This document shows positions 1 through 9,501 of a stretch of DNA of 64,000 nucleotides, one piece after another. The translations under genes were made by a program, and so were the position numbers. This DNA is from Macrostomum lignano (lineage: Eukaryota). The stretch spans positions 124,001 to 188,000 of the forward strand of contig NIVC01001634.1 in the NCBI GenBank assembly GCA_002269645.1, in the 5' to 3' direction. The notes beneath the pieces were generated by a model, which made no database searches, had not been told where the DNA came from, and worked only from the letters and a program-made list of their open reading frames with translations. Positions within the stretch are counted from its first letter, which is position 1; each line of letters opens with the position of its first letter.

Positions 1-275
1 CGTCCGGACAGAAGTTCACCACCGAGGATGAGGAGCCGCCGCTGCAGTCTCCGCCAGCGCTGCCGCCGCCTCCGCCGATGACTGACGCGGCGTCGCACAT
101 GCAGACGGGCCGGCCGTCTGAGGGTCGCACAGCGAACTGATCGCCTTTGCGCAGTTGGGCGCCGCAGGCAGCGCAGACGAAGCAGGCCAAATGATAGGCG
201 TAGCTGTGCGCCCACATGGCCAAGTCTTGGGTAGCGATTGGCTGGCCGCAAGATTGGCAGCGAATACCGTGGCGC
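1..275 (-). CDS. LIM-domain (probable LIM-homeobox, Lmx1-like) gene, exon 3, second LIM domain; runs off the window edge
   Basis: Not in the ORF track. After acceptor CAACCGCAG (AG at 277-276) it reads RHGIRCQSCGQPIATQDLAMWAHSYAYHLACFVCAACGAQLRKGDQFAVRPSDGRPVCMCD, a C-x2-C...H-x2-C-x2-C-x2-C...C-x2-D LIM pattern. QLRKGDQF resembles Lmx1. The homeodomain is not visible in the window. Confidence 0.9.
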
Positions 276-516
276 CTGCGGTTGATTACGAATGCGTGTT
301 TTTCACAATTTTATTTAGCTTTAAATATATTAATGATTGGCATGCGCTACTTCACCTACTAGTAGTAGCAAAACAAGGAAAACGTGTAAGAGTTTTTATA
401 ATTTAAGGAGACGATAACATGGATAATGCCAAGCTGTAAATATAAGTGTTTAGTGCGTTATTGCGAGTATGAAAGTGCCAGGTCTAGGTGTCATAAAGGC
501 GCTAAATGTAGATTTT

Positions 517-870
517 AAATGGCGCCAAATATAGAGATGTCGGATGGTGCCAATTATGAGTCAGAAGGCGCAAATATATAGAGATGTCAGATGACTCAGA
601 TGGCGCCAAATAAAAAGGTGTCAGAAGGCGCCAAATAAAGGTGTCAAATAATGCCAATTAAAAAAGGTGTCAGATGACACCAAATAAAGAGGCGTTAAAT
701 GGTGCAAAATAAAAAGGTGTCGAATGGCGCCAAAAGGAGGTTTCAGATGGCGCAAAATGAAGGTATCAGATGGCGCCCAAAAATGGGTGTCAGTGTCAAA
801 TGGCGCCAAATAAAGAGGTGTCAGATGGCTCCAAATAAAAAGGTGTCAGATGGCGCCAAAATTGTCAGCA
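517..870. repeat. Degenerate ~25-bp minisatellite (AAAAAGGTGTCAGATGGCGCCAAAT) in the LIM GC-AG intron
   Basis: Repeated AGGTGTCAGATGGCGCCAAA motifs are visible directly. Confidence 0.8.
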
Positions 871-907
871 AAAGCGCTAAACCATATATACCAATAATCA
901 GTCTTGC

Positions 908-1145
908 CTGGCATAGTCGTGAGCACAATACAGTCGATTATCGCGCACAAAGCAGCCCTCAGTCAACTGGGAATTGCAGATGCAGCAGGTGGCGCACTGT
1001 TCGTGCCAGGCCAGAGATCTGATGCGCAATAAATATTTGTCAGTAATCCCTGTTTGACAGCCAAAGCAGGTTTCAAGAATTTCTGCCGCTGTTGAAGCAG
1101 TCTGCTGCTGCTGCTGCTGGTGTTCAGTCTCGTGGCTTATTGGAT
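908..1145 (-). CDS. LIM gene exon 2, first LIM domain
   Basis: Acceptor TTGATGCAG at 1146. Reads DPISHETEHQQQQQQ...CFGCQTGITDKYLLRIRSLAWHEQCATCCICNSQLTEGCFVRDNRLYCAHDYAR. Ends AG|GCAAGA (GC donor), in phase with exon 3. Confidence 0.9.
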
Positions 1146-1899
1146 CTGCATCAATGATAAAAATAATGGTAGACACCATTGAGATAAAAAACATTGCCAA
1201 ATTTAACAATCATACTTTATATAGCTAGTTGAATAGAATCAGAATATTGAAAAAACGCCTTCATTTAAAAGGTTAAAAAGCATCAATCATGATCAATCAC
1301 TAGATCTTGATCTAGTGATTGATTTTTGAAATTTTGACTTTTTTCTTGATTGAATCTTGATTAAAAAAAGTACCAAGAATCTGATATATATAAAACAGTA
1401 AAATAAAGAAAGAGCCTTAGGTTGAATACCAATCTTTTGAATATAGCATAGATAACCTAAAAAATCAACAAAAAATCAACTCATTATAGTGTCACCCATA
1501 TTAAGGGATTTAGGATTTAGCCATATTTGAAAAAATAATGCACCCAAAAATTTCTATGCTTTTTACAAATTAAATGTTATGATTTTTACCAAAAGTGCAC
1601 AAAGTATACATTTATTATAATATATAAAATTAGTTTTTTTTAGAAAACTGCTTTTTTAGTTCTTAGCTGTCTAATCTGAATAAATATCTCGAAATCTTGA
1701 TCAAATCTCTTATTGTATCATATGTTTATCATATGTTTATCATATACATGTATCATATATATTGTATTGTTAAAATCAATCAATGACCCTATCATTGAAC
1801 AAATAAGGTATAAATTTTGCCTTCAGATATAACTAACTAGATCATAGTTAAAAGTACTATATAGTATAAAAAAATAGTTAATATACTAGTCTTTATTTT

Positions 1900-2151
1900 G
1901 GCAATGGCTACGGATCCGGCAGTGCCATTATAATATAGATGGAACATTATATTTTTCTTTCTTCAGGTGGCCGATATTGAGATTTTATTCTAGATTAAAA
2001 TTTAAGACAATATGATAAGATTCGGGACGAGATGCTTCTAATATTCAGACTTAAGATATGTTCTTAGCAGTCTTTATATGCTTCTATACAGCACTGCCGG
2101 ATCCCTAGCTGTTAGAAAATGGGTTCCAGTGCCGGAACTCTAGCCATTACC
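1900..2151. mobile_element. 252-bp MITE with Merlin-like termini
   Basis: Imperfect TIRs GGCAATGGCTACGGATCCGGCA / TGCCGGAACTCTAGCCATTACC. Exact 9-bp direct repeat CTTTATTTT at 1891-1899 and 2152-2160. An extra inverted subterminal copy sits at ~2091-2110. Confidence 0.8.
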
Positions 2152-2565
2152 CTTTATTTTATTTACCATGAAAATTGATTTATTGAGTAAAAGAGAAAAT
2201 AATAATATTTTATATTAGTGCTTTGCTTGTTTATCTGAAAAGTGTCTAAAAGAATTATCTGAATTGAAAAGAAGTGTCTTTTGATACATATCCATATCTA
2301 CCTAACTACTATATAGCATATTTAGATAGTAGTTGTTGCACAAATAATTGTTGTCCCTATATTTTTCATAAAATTTAAAGAGTAGCCCTAGCAAGAAGTG
2401 TTCTATAGTTGATAATCAATAAAAAATTATTGGTAATGCCAACTAAAAAATCAAACTTACAACTTTACACATGTGACCCTAAGTATTAGGCTATGATACC
2501 AGAAAAAACTTGTTAGCACTTGCTATTGCTAATATTGCTATTTGAATTGGTAGATATCAATTTCT

Positions 2566-3882
2566 GGCAATTTTCCTTTTCTGTTCGTTAAATTATTTTT
2601 TCAATGGAAACGTATTGGGAACATTGTGAAACACTCAAAAATGATGTAACTTTTCAGCCTGATCATCGTATCTTGAACAACATGGCTGGACGCCCTGCTG
2701 CACCAACGTTTATTGTGCCCCCTCATACATACGCAACCTCCAAAATTTGGTAAGCCATGCGACTTAGTTTTAACAAAATGCAACATAGTTTTTTGCCAAA
2801 ATTCCGACTTACATGTTAAAAAAACTCTAGCATAAGTAGTGTAAAGAAAAATTAACGCTACTTTGGGTAAACGGCAGGAGTAACTATGACTGTCTTATTA
2901 AGTCAAAATGCCTCGTCAGCTACTTAGTACTACTACTTGGGTATTTTTTAGGTGGGCATTTTTGCGACTTCCTTGTTTGGCTGCCAAATCAGTCGGCCAG
3001 ATCGGCCGACTCGGCCGACTGTTGCGCATGTATGTGCCCCCTGCTCAAGTGCGACCAGCAATGGGGTTGACAAAAATCAATTTTACCATGCGTAACCTAA
3101 TCTGGTAGTAGGCAACTGATGCAAAGCAAAGTGAGTGCCAACGCCAGAGCAACATTGGCCACAAGGCAATTGTCGATTGGCAGAACTTCATTCGTGATAT
3201 CTGCGCCCAATTCCTTATGGACCATCCCATTGAGCTTGGTGGCCCCGGCCGCGAAGTGGAGATAGACAAATCATACTTTTTCCACTGCAAGTTCCACCAA
3301 GGAGCTCACCATGATGGTCAGTGGGTGCTTGGCATGATAGAGCATGGGGCCAGGAAGTGTGTACTTGTGCCAGTTGCACAATGCAATGCTGCCACCCTCT
3401 TGCCACTCATCCAACACCACGTCCTTCCTGGAACTTGCGTCATAACAGACGGATGGCAAGCTTATGCCCAGCTTCAGGCTGCAGGTGTGAACCACCAAGT
3501 CGTGAACCACTAGCTAGCATTTGTTAATCCTCAGGACCCAATGGTGCACACAAACCTCATTGAGGGGACGTGGGCGCACTGCAAGGCCAAATTTCGTGCC
3601 ATGCATGGTACTAGTAAGGCTCTGTTTGAGTCCTACCTAGAAGAATTCATATGGCGCAAAATGTATCCCACCAACACCTTTGGCAACATGCTCTACTGGA
3701 TTGCCCACTACTACGTTGTGTAAATACCACTGCAGAGACCAGAGTGCTGAGTGCTGAGTGAACACTAATCAACATTACACTTGTTCTGTTCTGTTCTGTT
3801 ACATCATTTTTGAGTGTTTCACAATGTTCCCAATACATTTCCATTGAAAAAATAATTTAACGAACAGAAAAGGAAAATTGCC
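2566..3882 (+). mobile_element. Merlin-superfamily (IS1595/ISXO2-like) DNA transposon, decayed, in LIM intron 1
   Basis: 85-bp TIRs (2566-2650 and 3798-3882, one mismatch) starting GGCAAT. 8-bp flanks CAATTTCT / CAATTTCC. Internal ISXO2-type transposase remnant. Confidence 0.92.
3160..3723 (+). pseudogene. ISXO2/Merlin DDE transposase pseudogene
   Basis: Reads VDWQNFIRDIC...GGPGREVEIDKS...GQWVLGMIEHG...TLLPLIQHHVLPGTCVITDGWQAY...VNH*LAFVNP..VHTNLIEGTW..YLEEFIWR. In-frame TAG at 3511-3513 and further stops upstream. Confidence 0.9.
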
Positions 3883-4114
3883 CAATTTCCCAATCAGGTT
3901 TTCGGCAAATCAACTTTTCGCAAAAAGGTAATCAGCATATCAATTTCTGGCAGAAAGGTTTTTGGAAAATCATCTAGTAGGCCTATTCACTATTCCTGGC
4001 ATGAGTCTGTCTGTCTGCAGACTTTAGTTAGTGTCTCAACCTACTTGGAAAAAATATGTCCTTACAACTAGCCAAATGCCAAAAAAGCAATTTTAAATAA
4101 GAAAAACAACTTAC

Positions 4115-4154
4115 CGCTTTTCAATGGGCTATGACTTTGAGATTCATCAAACAT
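4115..4154 (-). CDS. LIM gene probable exon 1 (MFDESQSHSPLKS)
   Basis: ATG at 4154, then 13 codons plus 1 nt, followed by a perfect donor GCG|GTAAGT. Phase 1 matches the exon 2 acceptor (G|AT = Asp). Confidence 0.6.
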
Positions 4155-5149
4155 TATAAATATAGAAATTTGGTAGGCTAAGCAACAGCAAGTCTGACTA
4201 CTAAACTATTGTCAGAATAAAATCTATAGTTAAACTTGAATAAAAAATCTGAAGAAAGTGCTTTTGTTTTAGTCTTTATTTAAAATTTTGTAAAAAAATG
4301 GACGGGAAAATCAGCTTTAAAATGATAGTTCGAAATTCGATCTTTCAAGTTTCAATGAATCTCAAAGATTGTGGTTGTGGCGTCTAAACTTCTAGTCTTG
4401 TATGTATAAATGTACTAAATAAATAATACACAAAAATATGTTTGCGTATAATCATTCATCAAGGATACTGAATTTTACTGGTCGCAGCTTGAAGTCTTCA
4501 TCATGCAATGGCAATGCTATGCTATGCGTCTTGACTCATTGGGCATTAAAGGGACAGGTTTTTAACATTAACTTTCTTAGAAATAACTATGAAAACTATT
4601 TTAATTCGAAGCTTTACTAGTGTTATGTGTTGTTTCATTTTTTACAAAAGTTTTCCTAATATATAAAAGTTTTAAAGCTTTCATTTTAGAAAGCTTTTAT
4701 TTTGTGTTAGTTATAGTTATAAAAAAAACTAACTGTGTTAAAGCGTTTTAAATTTTTAAATTTTAGATAAAAGTAACACATTTTTCGTAACATATCGGTT
4801 TTTATTATTATTTATATTTACAACTTTTTTCGGATATTCAACCAAATTATCGATCAAATTAACGATAGTCACTTAGTTATTGTATGAAAAAATGTCCAAT
4901 CGTTGTCAAAAATAATTGCCAAGTTGTTTTAGTTGTCGAATTCTGGAGATAAAAAATGTAGGTGATGCACATAGGACCCCTTGGCTTTCTTGGATGTTTC
5001 GGCATGTGTGAGGCTTCATGGGCCCTTCTGGAGCACATAGGGTTCGTGAAAAATATCTAACACTAGCTATCAAAATAATGAATGAATTAGTAGACGTTTA
5101 TCAGTATTCGACCTAAAGATAAATGCAAAAAACTAATGCAAAAAAGCTA

Positions 5150-5257
5150 TGTCAGAGGTGGGATTTGAACCCACGCATCCTTTCGGATACCAGAACGCTC
5201 AGGCAGCTAAGGTTGCACCCTTGAGTCTGGCGCCTTAGACCACTCGGCCACCCTGAC
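5150..5257 (-). tRNA. trnL-CAA: tRNA-Leu(CAA) with a 24-nt intron
   Basis: GTCAGGGTGGCCGAGTGGTCTAAGGCGCCAGACTCAAG[GGTGCAACCTTAGCTGCCTGAGCG]TTCTGGTATCCGAAAGGATGCGTGGGTTCAAATCCCACCTCTGACA. A and B boxes intact, long variable arm, A73, T6 terminator downstream, TATA-like TTATATT about 30 nt upstream. Confidence 0.95.
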
Positions 5258-5589
5258 TTGCTTACTATGGGCTGCCGTGCTGCAATATAAAGGCATGTTC
5301 TAAAAATAACCTGAACAGGCAAGAGCTTGCCTTGCGCATTGCTTCTTGCTAATACGCGTTGCCTTCGAATACATTGTGTGGATGTATTTTGTTTTTAATT
5401 TTTTGAAAAAGGAACAGAACAGATCTAAACTGTGAAAATTTCATAACTGAGTCGAAAACAACAGACTTATTCATTCGAATGCATAGTATGTACATGGTCA
5501 TGGATGTAAATTTTTTATAGCTGTGACAATTACTGTTATATCACTTGTACCTAACAGTCAGCAGAAATGAAGAAGACATTCGCTGCTTG

Positions 5590-6185
5590 TCCAGAAGAGA
5601 GGAGAGGAGAGGAGGAGAGAGAAAGAGAGGAGAAGAAGAGAGGAAGAGAGGAGAAGAGAGAGAGGAAGAGAGGTCGAGAGGAGAGGAGGAAAGAGGAAGA
5701 GAGGAGAGGCGAGGGGGGAGAGGAAGAGAGAAGAGGAGAGAAGAAGAGATGAGAGGGGGAGAGGAAGAGAGGAGAGGCGAGGAGGAGAGCTGAGGAAGAG
5801 AGGAGAAGAGATGAGAGGGGGAGAGGAAGAGAGGAGAGGCGAGGAGGAGAGCTGAGGAAGAGAGGAGAAGAAATGAGAGGGGGAGAGGAAGAGAGAAGAG
5901 GCGAGGAGGAGAGCTGAGGAAGAGAGGAGAAGAGATGAGAGGGGGAGAGGAAGAGAGGAGAGGCGAGGAGGAGAGCTGAGGAAGAGAGGAGAAGAGATGA
6001 GAGGGGGAGAGGAAGAGAGAAGAGGCGAGGAGGAGAGCTGAGGAAGAGAGGAGAAGAGAGGAGACTGGAGAGAGGAAGAGAGGAGAGGAGAGGAGAGAGG
6101 AGGAGAGGAGAGGAGGAGAGACGAAGAGAGGAGGAGAGAGGAAGAGAGGAAAGAGGAGATTAGAGAGAAGAGAACTGAGAAGAGA
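5590..6185. repeat. Purine-rich (GA) repeat with a ~62-bp unit
   Basis: GAGCTGAGG recurs at 5787, 5849, 5911 and 5973. Confidence 0.85.
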
Positions 6186-6659
6186 TGTAAAAATTCAGTT
6201 CAAGCGAGCTGGATTGCTAAATGTGAAGTTTCACCGAGGGCCGGATTCTGAGGCTAATTGCGGCACATGTGCTCGTGGGCCGGGAGGGAGTCCGCTGACC
6301 CCTGCCCTGCCGTAACCCAAGGTCCACACGTGAGTTTTTTCTGACATAAATTACGACACAAGGTATCATAGCTCATATCTCGTCATTCTCGTAAAATATA
6401 CATGCATTTATTTTCGTATTGGGGGCGGGTAATTGTAGTAATGTGCGGGTTGCATGCCCCAGGCAAAAGTGAAAAAAATGGAGTCTGGGAGGGAAGGCAA
6501 TACTTGTGAAGGGAAGGATGGAGAGCTATGGATATCATGTTTTTAGGAGCTCTCACTTATAGGGTGTGTCATAAGTAATGTCACTGGGAGGAAATTAACT
6601 GCATGACTAACTGGTAATCGCAGATAAACAAAAACTGTTATTAATCAACAGCATATTAT

Positions 6660-7190
6660 ATCTATAGTGTCCCCAAATATCAATCACCTCCTCTGGCAGT
6701 GCTCGTATAGCTTCTCTAATCTCAGCTTTTCCGGATTTACTAAACTTCTCTCGGTCGGCCTATAGAATCTCCAGCTCCCAGCCAGTAGCTTTCTGCTCTT
6801 GCCATCCAGGTGGAGCCAGCTGGTCTCATTCTGGCCATTTTGTAGATGGAGATCCGATCCGTCAAGATGCGATGGACTAGCTTAAAATAAATCTGATCCA
6901 AGCAGTCCGCTAGCTCCCTGACAGACTGCCGCGGGTTGTCCTTAAGCAGGTCGCTGATGACATCAATGTTCTCTGGCATTTGTCCATGGTTGAACATGGC
7001 CGACCAGATCTGGCGTCATCTTCCGATTCGACCCCATATATGGATCAGTATCGTGCTGGAACCACCTGTAAATTGTCCTGACAGTTGGGCAGTTGTCTGC
7101 TGCAGACTTTCCAAGCTTAAAGCGAACGAAAGCCAAGCCCCAGGATGTGCGGCTTGTCGTGAATTTCATTTTAACAAACTGCACTAAACA
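6660..7190 (-). mobile_element. Degenerate, internally deleted Tc1/mariner transposase remnant
   Basis: Frameshifted HTH-region motifs: FVRFKLGKSAAD..PTVRTIYRWF and PENIDVISDLLKDNPRQSVRELADCL..LVHRIL. No DDD domain or TIRs found. Confidence 0.6.
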
Positions 7191-7839
7191 TGATAAGCAT
7201 GAAGCAGTCGTGTCGTACACATCAATCAGTACTTTTAGACTTTTAGACGCGTACAATCGCTTTGTAGCGATTGTAGACTCTTGCTTTTCTGAAGCTCTGC
7301 TGCAAATCCAAAGTCTGTGCACTTTTTACCTCATCACCAGGCCAGCAATTTGCATGCTTCGTAGACGCAATTAAGTCGAATGACTTAAAAACTAATTGTG
7401 TTTAAATGTTTTCGTTATTTAAATTTCGTGCACATTTAAGACAGTATTTATACATGCTTCAAAAAATATCGGATTCTGTTAATTCATATCTGTCACTTTC
7501 TTCCCACATTTACTAAATTCAACGGCCAAATTAGCCATATACTCGCCTGTTTATCGACTGAAAGTTGTCAAATAAATGGTTTGATCTTTAGTGTCTCGAC
7601 AAATATGTGAATGAATTGTTGTACAGTGGATGCTTCCGCAGAGGCATCTAATTGTAGATGTTTCGGCTAAAGCCTAAGAGATTGTGAGGCTCATGGGGAT
7701 TTCTTCTGGGGGTACATGGGATTCGTTTAAAATATCTAACAATACCTAGAAACTTAATGACTCGTTACTTTTAACTCGTACATATAAAAGTTGATCCTAT
7801 TTGGCGTAATTGATACAACAAACAAATACAAAAACGCTA

Positions 7840-7994
7840 GGTCAGAGGTGGGAATTGAACCCACGCATCCTTTCGGATACCAGAATGCTCAGCGAACCTC
7901 AGCCAGCCCAGCGAATTTTTAGTAGGAAATTTTGTTGGGCCAGCCATGGTTGCACCCTTGAGTCTGGCGCCTTCGACCAGTAGGCTACCCTGAC
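7840..7994 (-). tRNA. trnL-CAA: Divergent tRNA-Leu(CAA) copy with a 71-nt intron (probable pseudogene or non-canonical tRNA)
   Basis: Same body as 5150-5257, but the D-arm reads TAGCCTACTGGTCGAAGGC, the discriminator is C instead of A, and the intron is expanded. T5 terminator and upstream TATA-like motif are retained. Confidence 0.8.
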
Positions 7995-8990
7995 TTGCTC
8001 ACTGAGAGCTGCCATGTTGCAATATAAGGGCATATTCTAAAAATAAACCCGCACAGGCGCAGATATCATGTTACATGTAGCAATTTTCACCTCTGCTCTG
8101 CCTCGATCTTGTTACTTGTCGTGAACACTCATGCCATTATTGAGTATTTACAAAGTAAAAATTACAGAACAGATAAAAACTGTAAAATGATCATATTATT
8201 AAGTCGAAAGTCGTTTCTATTGCATGTCTATTTTATTTTTTATTTATAGCTTTACATTATAGGTTTCAAATTACATGTAACATGTACTGTAATACAAGGG
8301 AATCTCAACTCAATTACGAGCTCATTAGTTGCTACCTTTTGTGGATTCTATTGTGTATTGGCGACCGATTTAAAGTAGATGTACATGTAAAGACTCAGAG
8401 TTTGAACAAAAATCCACAAAAAAACTTGTTATAATAAAAACAATCATTTATCTTTCAATCAATTTAAACTATTAAACTACATGCGTGAATTTTACTACTA
8501 AGTAGTATAAATGACGCTTTTTGTCTATATCTATCACAAGTATGCAAAGGCTGAGAGAAAGAGAGTTGAAATGCGAACGCACGTATAGAGCAAAGATGTA
8601 CATTGGGTTAGAGGGAGAGTGGATATAGGAAGGCAATAAGGCGAGAGGCCAGTCTATTGGGCGCCGGTCCTTCCTGCCCCCCCCAGCCCCAACCCCCAAA
8701 AACGACCCCCCAGCCAGTTCACTGCTCATTCCCGCGTGGGCTTTCTCCTTAAGCCTCCCCCACTTATTATAGAACACATGCGAGGCGCGACCTGAACTAA
8801 AAAAGTAAAGGAAACCCCAAGCATTAGTTAGTTAGACTTAAAGCGTCTTTACTACTCCTTCTCCCTTGCGACCCTCGCCCGTGTTGGACAAGAGAACGAG
8901 ACGTGTTAGCCTTACTATTAAGCTTCCAAATAGAATAATTAAACACTTATCGAATTAAAAAGCGCATTCAATCGAATCGACATAGTAATT

Positions 8991-9378
8991 ATGACATCAT
9001 CCTCGCGATTAGTTGAAACTGTCCAATTAAACTTTGAAGATTTCTCCGAATCGTTTCTTACCTGTGGCACCTGTCTAACCCTGTTCGACAGTGGCGAGCA
9101 TCAGCCAAAACTGCTTCCATGCTCGCATACACTTTGCCGAGCCTGCCTACAAAGGATTGTACCTAATCCAGCATCTTCCTCAGCCTCATCGTCAGCAGCA
9201 GCAGCAGCAGCGGCTGCATCCACGCTCGGCACATTTCGCTGTCCGATATGTCGGGAAGGCATCGCCGTGCCTATCGGTGGTGCGGCAGCTTTTCCTCCAT
9301 CGTTTGTTGTCAACCAATTATTGGATTTGATGGTGTCCCAGCGCAAAGATCTGGTGCCGAAATGTTCCATTCATACTG
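8991..9378 (+). CDS. TRIM-NHL (TRIM2/3-like; RING, B-box, coiled coil, filamin, NHL) exon 1/7, RING finger
   Basis: MTSSSRLVETVQLNFEDFSESFLTCGTCL...PKLLPCSHTLCRACL...FRCPICRE...FPPSFVVNQLLDLM..QRKDLVPKCSIHT. Ends TG|GCAAGC (GC donor). Model join(8991-9378,10617-10768,11766-12035,21591-22133,22586-22765,23169-23615,24330-24485) = 2136 nt, 711 aa. Confidence 0.92.
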
Positions 9379-9501
9379 GCAAGCGAAACTAATCGATGTT
9401 TTGTACTCTTTTAATGTACTTTTAAAGTTGCTAGTGTACTTTTACGACCTGAATTAGCCGCCTTTTATTGAGGAGGCTTTAAAATGCGCTTAGAATAAGC
9501 T

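Noticed and set aside
3-140. Plus-strand proline-rich ORF end (SGQKFTTEDEEPPLQ...TAN*)
   Set aside because: It is the antisense shadow of the LIM2 exon on the minus strand.
6558-7600. TIRs for the mariner remnant (TATAGGGTGTGTC at ~6558)
   Set aside because: No matching inverted copy found on the other side.
8981-8993. Spliced-leader trans-splice acceptors just upstream of ATGs (TRIM ATAG|TAATTATG; hb AAAG|TCATG)
   Set aside because: AG dinucleotides near an ATG are common by chance, and the LIM start lacks one. Needs 5'-end cDNA data.
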